Positions 49,836-60,057 are shown, counted from the stretch's first letter. The stretch is DNA of 64,000 nt from Candidatus Latescibacterota bacterium (GCA_965248265.1 CBDFJF010000001.1:320001-384000); one strand, 5' to 3'. The notes: generated from the sequence alone by a model not told the origin. Translations and numbers: made by a program.

Positions 49836-52382
49836 ATGAAATGGACATTGGCAGCGGTAGCGTTGTTGATGGTGGGATGCGCGTGCTCGCCAGAGGCATC
49901 CGGGGCGGCTCCGGCGGACCGTCCGAGCGAGAACATTGCCTTGGGGGCGAGCTACACGATGGAGCCGGCGCCGAATTATGAGCATTGCACGGACGCCGCT
50001 GATGTCACGCAACTGACGGACGGGGTGTACCATCAAACGGAGGAAAGTCTCTGGACACAGCTGTCGACAGTGGGCTGGGCTAGAAAGAAGCCTGTGATCC
50101 TGACGCTGGACCTGGGTACGGTGAAGCCGATACGGGGTGTTTCGTTCCATACGGCGGCCGGTGTTGCGAACGCGAGGTGGCCGGAGGCGATCCTTATCTT
50201 CACGGCGGGTGAAGACAGGGAATTCCATGAGATCGGGGAGCTGGTGGGGTTGAGCGCGGCACACGGACCGCCCTTACCGACGGAGTATGGGACGTATGAG
50301 ACGCATTGGTACTGGACGGACCAGTTGCGGACGCACGGCCGCTATGTCTGCCTGGTTGTGTGGCCTGTGGGGCGGGTCGCGTTCGTGGACGAGATCGAGG
50401 TCTACGCGGGAGAGCCGGCGTGGGTGAATGAGCCGCTGCCGGGGCCGGGTTTTACGGACATGAAGGCGCATTCGGGCCAGCTCGCCATCCAGGCGGGGAT
50501 TCGGAGGCGCTTTGTGCAGGACATCCAGGCCCTGAGGAAGGCGGCCGAAGAGGACGGTGTCCCGGTCCAGACACGGCGCAACGTGCTTGGCGAGTTGGCG
50601 GCCGTGGAAGGGGAGTTGGGGCAGGCCTGCAGGGCGTACGGGGATGATTTCCGGGCCGTACTGCCGCTGAATTCATGGCATGAACGGGTGTTGCGTGCGC
50701 AGGCGTGGCTGTGGCGCGCCCAGGGTTTGGAGCCGCTCACGTTCTGGCGTTCGACTCTGTGGGATCCGCTTCCGCTCATCGGCATGCCGGACACGGCGGG
50801 GGAATTGGCCGTCGAGGTTCACCTGATGCGGAAGGAATACCGCGCGGCTGCGTTCAATGTCAGCAACAGCAGTGACGGGCCGATGCAGGTGAGGTTCCGG
50901 TTGAGCGGGCTTCCCGGGGGCGACAATCCGGGGTATGTGACTGTTCACGAGGTGGCCTGGACGGACACGCGGACCGGGGTGCCGGTGGCGGCGGCCCTGC
51001 CGGAGGTTTCTGCTGAGGACAATCTGTATACGGTGGCCGTGCCGTCGGGAATGACGCGGCAGGTGTGGTTGACCTTCCATCCGGTGGACGTTGAGCCGGG
51101 CGCGTATGAGGGCGAGGTCATCGTGGCGTCTGTGGCCGGGGGCAAGCGGTTTCCGCTGCGCATGCACCTGTATCCGCTGGATTTCCCGGAGAAGCAGTCG
51201 CTTCATCTGGGCGGATGGGACTATACGCATGAGATGGGCGGGTATCATACCAAGTTGGTGACGGAGCAGAACCAATCGCTGATCGTTCAGCACCTGCGCG
51301 AACGTTTCGTGGACTCGACGTGGGGTTCGCCTCGGCTGGTGAGTCCGTACTACGCGGATGTGCGGGGCACGTATGATGCGCAGGGGGCGACGACGGCGCC
51401 ACCCAACACGACCAAGTTTGATGCGTGGCTCGAGTTGTGGCCGGATGCAGCGCAATACCTCGTGTTCGTGAGAGTGGGCGATCGTTTCACGCATGCGGGC
51501 GACAAGTCCTTGGAGCCTCTCGACTCATGGGCCATGGGCACGCCGGAATTCGCGACGGCGGTGAAGGCATGGGTGACGTTCTGGGCGGGACATGCGGTGG
51601 AGAAGGGGTTGAAACCGGAACAGTTGGCGCTGCTGCTGGTGGATGAGCCTGATGAAGACCCGAAGCGGGACCATATCATTCTGGCGTGGGCGAAGGCTAT
51701 CCGGGAAGCGAATACGGGGGTCCGCATCTGGGAGAATCCGAACCACCGGGACATGAGCCAGGCCATGGAGGCGATGATAGATGCGTGCCATGTGTTGTGC
51801 CCGCACCTTGGTATCTTCCGGAATAGTAATACACCTATACGGCCTCCTGACGCGGCCCAGGAGTATCGCGACTATTACCTGAGGAAGCGCGATCAGGGGA
51901 TCGGGTTGGAGTTCTACAATGCTGATGGCCCGGCGCGGCTTCTGGATCCGTACGCGTATTACCGGCTTACGGGGTGGTGGTGTTGGCGCTATGGGGCGAC
52001 AGCGATGTACTTCTGGGCGTTGACCGACACGGGCGGTGCGTCATCGTGGAACGAGTATCTGACCGCGAAGATCGCGTACGCGCCTTTCTTCATCACGGAG
52101 GACTCGGTGACGGCTGGGAAACACCTGGAGGCGCAGCGGGAAGGGGTGGAGGATTACGAGTATTTCGCCATGTTGGATCGGGCGATCCGGGAGGCGTCTG
52201 CGCAGGGGGCGAGAGGTCCGGAGGTGGCGGAGGCGCGTCGGTTGCTGGAGAGCCTGCCGGCGAGTGTCTGTGAGGCGGCGGGCCAGGAGACCAATTGGCT
52301 GAGCGAGAACGTGGACCGCACGTTGGCGGACGAGGCGCGGATTCGGGTGTTGGCGGCGTTGACGAAACTGGCCGAGCGCTAG
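49836..52382 (+). CDS. Lipoprotein with discoidin/galactose-binding-like N-domain and GH123/DUF4091-like glycoside hydrolase region
   Basis: LMVG-C lipobox, NIALG.SY..QLTDG..LDLG, VDEP, C-terminal LEAQREGVEDYEY. Confidence 0.75.
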   Translation: MKWTLAAVALLMVGCACSPEASGAAPADRPSENIALGASYTMEPAPNYEHCTDAADVTQLTDGVYHQTEESLWTQLSTVGWARKKPVILTLDLGTVKPIRGVSFHTAAGVANARWPEAILIFTAGEDREFHEIGELVGLSAAHGPPLPTEYGTYETHWYWTDQLRTHGRYVCLVVWPVGRVAFVDEIEVYAGEPAWVNEPLPGPGFTDMKAHSGQLAIQAGIRRRFVQDIQALRKAAEEDGVPVQTRRNVLGELAAVEGELGQACRAYGDDFRAVLPLNSWHERVLRAQAWLWRAQGLEPLTFWRSTLWDPLPLIGMPDTAGELAVEVHLMRKEYRAAAFNVSNSSDGPMQVRFRLSGLPGGDNPGYVTVHEVAWTDTRTGVPVAAALPEVSAEDNLYTVAVPSGMTRQVWLTFHPVDVEPGAYEGEVIVASVAGGKRFPLRMHLYPLDFPEKQSLHLGGWDYTHEMGGYHTKLVTEQNQSLIVQHLRERFVDSTWGSPRLVSPYYADVRGTYDAQGATTAPPNTTKFDAWLELWPDAAQYLVFVRVGDRFTHAGDKSLEPLDSWAMGTPEFATAVKAWVTFWAGHAVEKGLKPEQLALLLVDEPDEDPKRDHIILAWAKAIREANTGVRIWENPNHRDMSQAMEAMIDACHVLCPHLGIFRNSNTPIRPPDAAQEYRDYYLRKRDQGIGLEFYNADGPARLLDPYAYYRLTGWWCWRYGATAMYFWALTDTGGASSWNEYLTAKIAYAPFFITEDSVTAGKHLEAQREGVEDYEYFAMLDRAIREASAQGARGPEVAEARRLLESLPASVCEAAGQETNWLSENVDRTLADEARIRVLAALTKLAER

Positions 52383-52416
52383 CTGGCGGTTCGTTTTCAA
52401 CCCAACACCCAGCCGT

Positions 52417-53184
52417 TCAGCCTCCGCTCCGCGCCCGCGCCGCTTCACGTTTTTTGGCCGCGTAGGTGTCGGTCTCGAGTTGCCAATAGAAGTCCGGGGT
52501 TCCTCCAGCGGTGGCCGACTCACCTTGAAGCCGAGCACGAACGCCCGCCGGGGTTCCTCGGAGGTGTTAGGCGGCGTGTAATGGCAGGTCTTGCTGTAGT
52601 GGAAGGTGGCTCCGCCAGCAGGCAGTGGGCAGGCAACGGCCGTCGACACGTCGAAGTAGCCCTCGTCCATCTCCAGGCCGTGGATTTTGGGATTGTTGTC
52701 GATGTGGTGATGTGGCGCCACCTCGGCGTGGTGGGTCTGGGGGATGAAATGCATGCACCCGTTTTCAAGGGTGGCCGGTTAGAGGGGCAACCACACGCTC
52801 AGGGCCAGATCGTTGCTGGCCGACGCCGACGCGCGCAGGTTTGAGGATGGCGTGAGCGCCCACGACGTGGCATCCCGGACCCAGCAGCTGAGTGCTGATC
52901 GCCAGGGCATTGGCCTCGTACAGCGTGTCCCGCAGATCGTCGGCGTACTTTCGGGGTTCCAGGATTTGCGGCAGAGCGGGCTCGGTGCCCTCCTCGTCCG
53001 GGCCGGCAAGGTCGTACTCGTGGCCCTCCTCGCGGCCGGCTCGGCGCGCGAAGATCTCGTCGTAGGCCGCGCGCATGCGCTCAATCTCTTCGTCGGTGGT
53101 GATGCGCTCTACGGCCAGGTATCCCTCTTCGTGGAAGAGGTCGACTTGCTCCTTGGTAATAGTGATCGTCGACTGCTGGCTCAT
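52417..53184 (-). pseudogene. Phytanoyl-CoA dioxygenase (PhyH) family pseudogene
   Basis: FHEEGYL, ILKP, SVWLPL*, ATLENGCMHFIPQTH, GGATFH...H..PN...RRA. The HxD segment is missing, there is an in-frame TAA at 52779-52781, and frameshifts near 52825 and 52495. Confidence 0.85.
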
Positions 53185-53359
53185 GATATCGGATCCTGAG
53201 GTCACTACATCGTGGGCGAGGAGCGCGTCTAACCGGGGTTTGAGATCGATTCCAGATGGTTACGTGCGATAGCCTGCGACATAGGATTATGCTGACAAAA
53301 CCATATGCATGCTATGCGGTTATTGGTGTTGGCTCTCAATCGCGCGCCAGGGGATATGT

Positions 53360-54235
53360 ATGAACGATAATATAGCTGACATCGTTGAATCACCGGAAGC
53401 GGAGCTGCTTGCCACAGGCTTTACGAAGACGGAGGGGCCCGTGTGGCATCCCGACGGCTACCTGATGTTCACGGACTTCCCCAACAGTCGCATCTACCGC
53501 CTATTGACAGATGGAAGCACCGAGGTTATCCGAGAGAACAGCGGAGGCACCGATGGCATGACCCTCGACCTTCAAGGCCGGCTCGTCATGTGCGAATACC
53601 GCAACCGCTGTGTGACGCGCATGGAGTGCGATGGCTCTATCACGACAATCGCCAATAAGTGGGAAGGTCGGCGGTTGAATAAGCCCAACGACGTGGTAGG
53701 TCGTTCGGACGGGACGCTCTACATCACAGACTGTAACCCGGTCCTTGAAGAGCAAGGGATCGACGTAGACCACGGGATCGTCTACCGCATCACTCCGGAC
53801 GGCGAAGTGAGGGCTGCGATACCACGGATGGTGTACCCCAACGGGATAGCGCTATCCCCGGATGAGAGTATTCTCTACGTATCCGATAGTAGCTATGGCA
53901 TGTACATACTCGCCTGCGACGTCCTTCCCGACGGCTCCGTGGCCCATGAACGCGTGTTTGCCAACATGCCCTCCAATGAGGCTGGCAAGCCCGACGGCAT
54001 GAAGGTGGACGTCGAGGGCAGGGTCTACTGCACGGGTCCCGGCGGAACATGGGTATTCGCGCCTTCAGGAACATACCTGGGCACAATCCGCACCCCTGAG
54101 ATACCGCTCAACGTCGGGTGGGGTGGCCTGGACAACCGGACCATGTTCTTCACAACCCGCAACTGGAGGGGTGAAGGCGCGTCGGTCTACAGCATGAGAA
54201 TGAAGACAAAGGGGACAAGGATACCGATGGCGTAG
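53360..54235 (+). CDS. SMP-30/gluconolactonase/LRE family protein
   Basis: TEGPVW, LNKPND, PNGIALSPD, PDGMKVD. Confidence 0.92.
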   Translation: MNDNIADIVESPEAELLATGFTKTEGPVWHPDGYLMFTDFPNSRIYRLLTDGSTEVIRENSGGTDGMTLDLQGRLVMCEYRNRCVTRMECDGSITTIANKWEGRRLNKPNDVVGRSDGTLYITDCNPVLEEQGIDVDHGIVYRITPDGEVRAAIPRMVYPNGIALSPDESILYVSDSSYGMYILACDVLPDGSVAHERVFANMPSNEAGKPDGMKVDVEGRVYCTGPGGTWVFAPSGTYLGTIRTPEIPLNVGWGGLDNRTMFFTTRNWRGEGASVYSMRMKTKGTRIPMA

Positions 54236-54304
54236 AGGTTTAGCGTGCTTCCACAGTGACGTGGAGTTTCAGGCCAGAAATACAGAATAGAGAAAGTACA
54301 AATA

Positions 54305-54330
54305 AAAAGGCCCTCTTGCGAGGGCCTTTT
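54305..54330. terminator. Bidirectional intrinsic terminator between the lactonase gene and tRNA-Asp
   Basis: AAAAGGCCCTC-TTGC-GAGGGCCTTTT hairpin with A/T tails. Confidence 0.85.
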
Positions 54331-54333
54331 CAA

Positions 54334-54411
54334 TGGCGGGACCGACGAGACTCGAACTCGCGACCTCCGGCGTGACAGGCCGGCGTTCTAACCAAACTGA
54401 ACTACGGTCCC
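54334..54411 (-). tRNA. tRNA-Asp (GTC)
   Basis: GGGACCG acceptor stem, anticodon loop CT-GTC-AC, T-loop GTTCGAGTC, encoded CCA. Confidence 0.97.
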
Positions 54412-54478
54412 GCTTTCGTAATGACGCATGAAAACTACCGGTCAGCCGCTTTGTTGTCAACGCTGAGTCGGCGCCTCA

Positions 54479-55015
54479 CTAGCCAACGGGCAGGTGCCTG
54501 CGATCCCAGGTTTCACCCTCTTTTTTCAAGCGCTTGAGAGCCCCGCGCAGCAGTTGCCGCTTGAGCGGGCTGATGTGATCGACGAAGAGGATGCCGTCGA
54601 GGTGGTCGATCTCGTGCTGCAGAACGCGGGCGTAAAAGCCTTCGGCGCTGAACTTGAATCGAGCGCCGTCGCGATCGAGCGCTTCCACCTCGATGTTGGT
54701 GTAGCGCTTCACATCGCCGTACACCTCCGGGATACTGAGGCAGCCCTCCTCGGCGATTGACATGCCCTCGCCGATGGTGATGCGCGGATCGATGAGGGCA
54801 AGGGGCGGGAGGTCCTTTTCCGAGGCGGATACATCGACGACGATGACTCGCTGCGAGACGCCAATCTGGGGCGCCGCCAGTCCGACGCCGTCGGCTTCTT
54901 CCAGCGAGTCGAACAAGTCCTGGATCAGAGACTTCGTCGCGGCGTTGACGCCATCCACGGGATCGGCTTTTCGACGGAGTACTTTGGAGCCGTATTTGAT
55001 GATTTCCCGAATCAC
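54479..55015 (-). CDS. def: Peptide deformylase
   Basis: GVGLAAPQ, EGCLS, QHEIDHL. Confidence 0.97.
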   Translation of the reverse strand: MIREIIKYGSKVLRRKADPVDGVNAATKSLIQDLFDSLEEADGVGLAAPQIGVSQRVIVVDVSASEKDLPPLALIDPRITIGEGMSIAEEGCLSIPEVYGDVKRYTNIEVEALDRDGARFKFSAEGFYARVLQHEIDHLDGILFVDHISPLKRQLLRGALKRLKKEGETWDRRHLPVG

Positions 55016-55017
55016 GA

Positions 55018-56076
55018 TCAGGTGGTCAATTGCAAGGCGACGTAGTGAACGTCTGGCGCGGAAATGGACTGCTGCACGAACTCGGCGCGAAGCTCCGGCT
55101 CGGTCAGGCGTGAGATGTCCGCACTCTCCAGCTGTACGACCAGAATCTGTCCATGGCGCGTGTCGGCGAGTGGTTCCAGATGCGGCAGTCGCTCGGTATC
55201 GGCGGCGCTTGAGACGGTCGAAGCGTCAATCGTCAACACCTCATTCAGACTGCCTGAGCGAAACCCGCGCAGGTCGAGGACGGCCAGCGTGTAACCCAAC
55301 CCTGTCAGTTCGGTGGCGACTTCCGCTCGCAGCGCCGCATCAGACAGCATCAACGGCATCTGCTCGGGCATGAGCTCGATTCGTGCGATGTCGTCATGGT
55401 GGCGTACCCGCAGCTGGGTGAATCCGTGCTCCCGCAACATGCGCTCGGCGTTGTCGATCATGCGCAGACCACGCGCCGTCACGGGTGTGCCGTACGGGAA
55501 GCGGGAGGACAGGCAGGCGGTCGCCGGGCGGTCCCACACCGGGATGTCCCAACTCCGGGCAAGCTCGCGCACGTCCGCTTTCGTCATGGTTGCCTCCAGA
55601 AGGGGCGCCCGCACGCCGAACTCGGTGGCAGCCTGAGCGCCGGGGCGAAAATCGCCCACGTCATCGGCATTCTGACCATAGAGCAGGTAGTCGACACCTT
55701 CTTCGATAGCGATTTTTCGCATGTGGGTGAACAGCTCGTGCTTGCAGAAGTAGCATCGGTTGACCGGGTTGCTGGCATAATCCGGATTGTCCAGCTCACG
55801 CGTGTGGACGATGCGGTGGGGAATGCCAAACTGCTGGACGATGGCAGTAGCGGCCTCCAGTTCTCCACGGGCGTAGCTTTCCGAATCCGCGGTAACAGCA
55901 ATGGCGTCGTCGCCGAGCACGCGGTGTGCGGCTACGGCCAGCATGGCGCTGTCTACGCCGCCCGAGTAGGCGACCAACACCCGCCCCATCGAGCTAAGCG
56001 CCTCTTCCAATGAGCGCAGCTTGGTCTGGAGGGCTGCCCTGGTCGCGGCGTCGACGGCGGCAGAGGTCGTTGTCAT
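55018..56076 (-). CDS. larE: LarE family ATP-dependent sulfur transferase (PP-loop) with C-terminal extension
   Basis: AYSGGVDS, NRCYFCK, DFRPG, ACLSSRFPYG, GFRSGSLN. Confidence 0.9.
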   Translation of the reverse strand: MTTTSAAVDAATRAALQTKLRSLEEALSSMGRVLVAYSGGVDSAMLAVAAHRVLGDDAIAVTADSESYARGELEAATAIVQQFGIPHRIVHTRELDNPDYASNPVNRCYFCKHELFTHMRKIAIEEGVDYLLYGQNADDVGDFRPGAQAATEFGVRAPLLEATMTKADVRELARSWDIPVWDRPATACLSSRFPYGTPVTARGLRMIDNAERMLREHGFTQLRVRHHDDIARIELMPEQMPLMLSDAALRAEVATELTGLGYTLAVLDLRGFRSGSLNEVLTIDASTVSSAADTERLPHLEPLADTRHGQILVVQLESADISRLTEPELRAEFVQQSISAPDVHYVALQLTT

Positions 56077-56080
56077 CGCA

Positions 56081-57514
56081 TCAATCATCGTCAGAGACAG
56101 CACACGGCATCAGAACCGCGTCCGTCATGCCGTGGAGTATCTTCTTGTCCGCAGGACAGACGATGGCCTGCATACCGGCCAACTGAGCCTGACCATCGTG
56201 GATGAAGTAGTAGGGCCGCAACAAGGCTCGTCCGTGCATCGTCCGCATCGAGTCTTTGTAAAAGTCGTAATAGTGGGCCTCGATACGGGCGGCTTTCTGA
56301 AAGGCCTGCAACAGGTATGGGCTTACCGGAAAGCTGTCCAGCGCCGTTTGAACCGCGTCGCCCCAAACTTGCTCCGGCTCGTCGTGGCCAATGGTGACCC
56401 CTTTACTGTGGTATGCAAGGTCTGAGAAGCCAGACGGCTTGACCACCAGCTCGCGCTCCTTCTTGGTACATTTCTTTAGCTCTTCCCACGTGCTCACCGG
56501 CCGCCCACTCAGCGCCAAGTCAGGGATCACGGTGTGTGGCGGAGAGGGGGTGGAATCGAGTACCCAGGTGCGCGGAATCAGATCTTGCAGGCTGGACCAG
56601 GAGTCGTGTCCGAGTTCCGTTTCCCAGAACGCACGAAGCTGCGGATGGTGAAACAGGGCCATCCACATCTTCTCCTCCAAGTAGGCCTTCATCGGCGGGG
56701 TGACGCGGACGGCGTTCTTCTTGGAGAAGTAGGTGATGAGCTCCGCTTTCGGGATGTTGGCCAGATCGAACAGCTCAAAGAAGCGGTAGACGATGTCGAT
56801 ACGGATCCGAGTATCGCCATCGGCGACCATGATGCCATCGTCGTCGACGTGAAGGTCACGTGGATGGCAACAGTGCACGGGCAAGCCGCTGTCTCTCAAA
56901 TGGCGGGCCAACCATTCGAACTCTTCGCGATAGGCCTCCGATTCGTCCGAGACCACCACCGCGACTACCGGTTCATCGTGCGGGAACGAGCTGCGTATGG
57001 CTTCGTACAGGCCTCGCGGCAGACCGTCTGCGCCGCCGATAATGTCGTACCCAATATCGGCGTAGAGCCGGGAGATCTGGCCGGTGAAGCCGATGCCCCC
57101 GGGGACTGAGTCGAGTTCGGTCACACGGACGCCGTCAGCGGTGAGCAATAAATCAGGCCGTATGACCAGAGGCAGGTGCGATTTGACGCGATTCATCCTG
57201 CCCAGATCGATGATCCGGTCGGGCTTGCCGGCATCCAGGTAGCGATGAATCCACGCCGGCTGAATGCCCTTGACGCTTTGCTGATAAAGCAGGTTGGATA
57301 CCTGGTAGAAGCGGTACAGGACGGGACCCAGATCGACCAGGAACTGATGTTGCTTTGGAGTCAACCAGAACGGCTCGGGTGAGATACGCCATGGCAGACG
57401 GCTGTCGGGATGGACGTTGCTGCGGTCACCCTGGAAGAGTCCGCCCTCCGGTGAGCGCTCGTTGATTCGAAGGCAGAGGGTCTTGGGGTCGGTCTCGGTA
57501 ATGGCGTGTGACAT
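56081..57514 (-). CDS. Circularly permuted ATP-grasp / glutathionylspermidine-synthase-like ligase (putative)
   Basis: IRPDLLL...TELDSVPGG, IVYRFFE, EEK, LVVKPSG, GVTIG, LLQ, LRPY pattern. Confidence 0.6.
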   Translation of the reverse strand: MSHAITETDPKTLCLRINERSPEGGLFQGDRSNVHPDSRLPWRISPEPFWLTPKQHQFLVDLGPVLYRFYQVSNLLYQQSVKGIQPAWIHRYLDAGKPDRIIDLGRMNRVKSHLPLVIRPDLLLTADGVRVTELDSVPGGIGFTGQISRLYADIGYDIIGGADGLPRGLYEAIRSSFPHDEPVVAVVVSDESEAYREEFEWLARHLRDSGLPVHCCHPRDLHVDDDGIMVADGDTRIRIDIVYRFFELFDLANIPKAELITYFSKKNAVRVTPPMKAYLEEKMWMALFHHPQLRAFWETELGHDSWSSLQDLIPRTWVLDSTPSPPHTVIPDLALSGRPVSTWEELKKCTKKERELVVKPSGFSDLAYHSKGVTIGHDEPEQVWGDAVQTALDSFPVSPYLLQAFQKAARIEAHYYDFYKDSMRTMHGRALLRPYYFIHDGQAQLAGMQAIVCPADKKILHGMTDAVLMPCAVSDDD

Positions 57515-57709
57515 CGAGAAATCGCGCGTTGGGCGGTGTGAACCTGGTCTGAAAAAGCGGCTGTAAATGTAGATTAATGAAGTATCTAGGTCAATTTCAT
57601 CATGGTGTAACAGCACATCATCTGTACCTTATCATTTGTCGCGGTCGATGCAGCTGAGCGCACGACCAAAGCCAAGCCGTCCACCGGGATTGAGACAGAG
57701 GCAAGGATC

Positions 57710-58528
57710 ATGCAGAAGACGCTCGATGGCAAACGGGTCCTTGTCACGGGCGGCGGTCGGGGCATCGGCCGAGCCATCGCTCTTGCCATGGCCGCGGAGG
57801 GGGCAAGCGTGGCCGTGCTGGCGCGCACGGGTGATCAGGTCGATGCGGTTGCTGCCGAGATCACGCAACTCGGTAGCCAGGCGCTGGCCGTGCGCGCCGA
57901 CCTTTCGCGCGACGATGAGGTGGAGGCCGGGATCGCCCAGGTGCTCTCTGAGTGGGGTGGCATCGACGTCCTCGTCAACAACGCAGGCATGCTGGGTCCA
58001 GTCGGACTCACTCAGGACCTCGACCCCGAAGCTTGGACGGCCATGTTCCAGGTCAACCTGTTTTCTTGCTTCAGGTGTGCGCAGTTGGTTCTCCCGGGAA
58101 TGATCGAACGCAACCAGGGCAAGATCATCAATCTGTCCGGGGGCGGTGCTGTCGATCCTCGACCTCGCTTCAGCGCCTACGCGGCTTCCAAGGCGGGCGT
58201 GGTGCGGTTCACGGAAACGCTGGCAGCGGAAGTGGCTGAACTAAATATCGATGTCAATGCGATCGCCCCCGGCGCGATTCACACCAGGATGGTGGACGAG
58301 CTTCTGAACGCCAGTGGCGCGGTTGAAGAGGACCGCACTGAAGCGCAGCAGATCATCGACAAGGGGCAGGAACCGGATCGCGCGGCCGCGCTGGCGGCGT
58401 TCCTGGCGTCTTCGCGCTCTGATGGTTTGTCGGGCCGGCTAATCAGTGCGATCTGGGACGATTGGGAAAACCTGGACGTCGGGACTGTCATGAGTTCGGA
58501 TCGATTTACGGTGCGCAGACTAACATGA
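57710..58528 (+). CDS. SDR family oxidoreductase
   Basis: TGGGRGIG, NNAG, YAASK. Confidence 0.94.
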   Translation: MQKTLDGKRVLVTGGGRGIGRAIALAMAAEGASVAVLARTGDQVDAVAAEITQLGSQALAVRADLSRDDEVEAGIAQVLSEWGGIDVLVNNAGMLGPVGLTQDLDPEAWTAMFQVNLFSCFRCAQLVLPGMIERNQGKIINLSGGGAVDPRPRFSAYAASKAGVVRFTETLAAEVAELNIDVNAIAPGAIHTRMVDELLNASGAVEEDRTEAQQIIDKGQEPDRAAALAAFLASSRSDGLSGRLISAIWDDWENLDVGTVMSSDRFTVRRLT

Positions 58529-58559
58529 GGGCGCGAAGGCGACAAATGGGGACCCAGCA

Positions 58560-59597
58560 ATGATGCGTGTGGGCTTGATCGGTTCGGGGGGAGCCGGTTC
58601 AAAGCGGGCCAAGGCGATCGTCGCGGACGGCCGGGCCCGACTGGTGGCCATCTGTGATCGCGATCGCCAGGCGGCTCAGCTGTTGGCCGCACAGACCAGC
58701 GACTGTAGCATCCACGATTCGTGGATGGAGATAACCGACAACCCGGAAATCGACATCGTCGTGGTTTCGACCACCCACGACAGCTTATCAGAAATCAGTC
58801 GCCACGCGTTGAAGCAAGGAAAGCATGTGCTGTGCGAGAAGCCCCTCGGGCGCCACCCCAGCGAGGTTCACCGGGCTGTCGAGGCGGCACAGGAAGCAGG
58901 ACGCTGCCTTGGTGCCGGCTACAATCACCGATTCCATCCGGCGGTCGCCAGGGTGCGACAGGCCTTCCTGGAGGGGGACATCGGGCCTATCGAATTCATC
59001 CGGGCCCGCTACGGTCATGGCGGCCGTCCCGGGTACGATCGCGAGTGGCGTGCCGATCCGGCGCGCTCGGGAGGAGGGGAGTTACTCGATCAGGGCGTCC
59101 ATTTGATCGATCTGTGCCTGTGGTTCATGGATCCGGTGCACACGGTCAGCGGGTGCACGACCACCAGCCATTGGGACATCGCCCCGCTTGAAGACAATGC
59201 GTTCGGGCTCCTCCAATCCGAATCCGGTCAGATCGCCTCAATCCACGCCAGTTGGACCCAGTGGAAGAACCTGTTCTGCTTCGAGGTCTTCGGACGCGAC
59301 GGCTACGGCATCGCCCGGGGGCTCGGTGGTTCATACGGCCCTGAGTCCGCCGTGATCGGGCGGCGCAACCGTCAAGGTGGGGCGCCCGAGAAAGAGGAGC
59401 GCTTCGAGTTTGGTGGAGATGATCTGTCGTGGCAGCTGGAGTGGAGCGCGTTTCTGCACCAGATCGAGTCAGCGGCCGACGACTTTGACCCCACCGGGGC
59501 CACCGGCCGCGACGCTTTGGTCACGATTCAGTGGGCTTTTCGTCTTTATCAAGCAGCGCGGGAAGGACGGGCCAGCAGCGTGGACGAACATCCATAG
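58560..59597 (+). CDS. Gfo/Idh/MocA family oxidoreductase
   Basis: GLIGSG, LCEKP, GGELLDQGVH. Confidence 0.92.
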   Translation: MMRVGLIGSGGAGSKRAKAIVADGRARLVAICDRDRQAAQLLAAQTSDCSIHDSWMEITDNPEIDIVVVSTTHDSLSEISRHALKQGKHVLCEKPLGRHPSEVHRAVEAAQEAGRCLGAGYNHRFHPAVARVRQAFLEGDIGPIEFIRARYGHGGRPGYDREWRADPARSGGGELLDQGVHLIDLCLWFMDPVHTVSGCTTTSHWDIAPLEDNAFGLLQSESGQIASIHASWTQWKNLFCFEVFGRDGYGIARGLGGSYGPESAVIGRRNRQGGAPEKEERFEFGGDDLSWQLEWSAFLHQIESAADDFDPTGATGRDALVTIQWAFRLYQAAREGRASSVDEHP

Positions 59598-59817
59598 TTC
59601 CGTCTTCGCCACCGCTGCGGCCTTGTTTCTGCCTGTATTATCAACCACTTGGGAAGGAGCACCGGGTTGCCGGGCGGCGCGAAATCCGGACGATTTTGGG
59701 GAGCCGTGTTCACGGCCAAGGCTCTTCATTTTTTTCTAAAATCAGAGAAAAATGCCGTACATTGAGTACGGATTGAACAAGCTAAATCATCCGTCCATGT
59801 CAAACCTGGAAAGGCCT

Positions 59818-60057
59818 ATGAGACCTGATCAGGATGCAGCGCAGACGGAAAGAGTCTCTCTTGCGTACCGCCGGTTGGCTAACGCCATGATCTTGAGCAC
59901 ATTGAGGGAGATCTCTAAGACCGGGGATGACGAAGTCCCCGAAGTTGCCTTCGTGGAGAGTCGTCGGATCGATGCCTGGTGTGAGCTTGCCGGATTGGAG
60001 CCTGATCTGGTCAGGCGTGCGGCTCGCAGGCTGGTCGGAGAGGAAGCTCTCCCATAG
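59818..60057 (+). CDS. Small hypothetical protein
   Basis: Helical 79-aa ORF (RRLANAMI...WCELAGLEPD) followed by a terminator. Confidence 0.6.
   Translation: MRPDQDAAQTERVSLAYRRLANAMILSTLREISKTGDDEVPEVAFVESRRIDAWCELAGLEPDLVRRAARRLVGEEALP

Noticed and set aside
52779-52781. In-frame stop as selenocysteine, given that selA is present
   Set aside because: The stop is TAA, not TGA, and the gene has other lesions. No convincing TGA read-through candidate was noticed in the window.
54334-54360. tRNA-Asp 3' end as the att site of a discrete integrative element
   Set aside because: I found no long duplicate of the tRNA 3' end and no integrase or transposase in the window.
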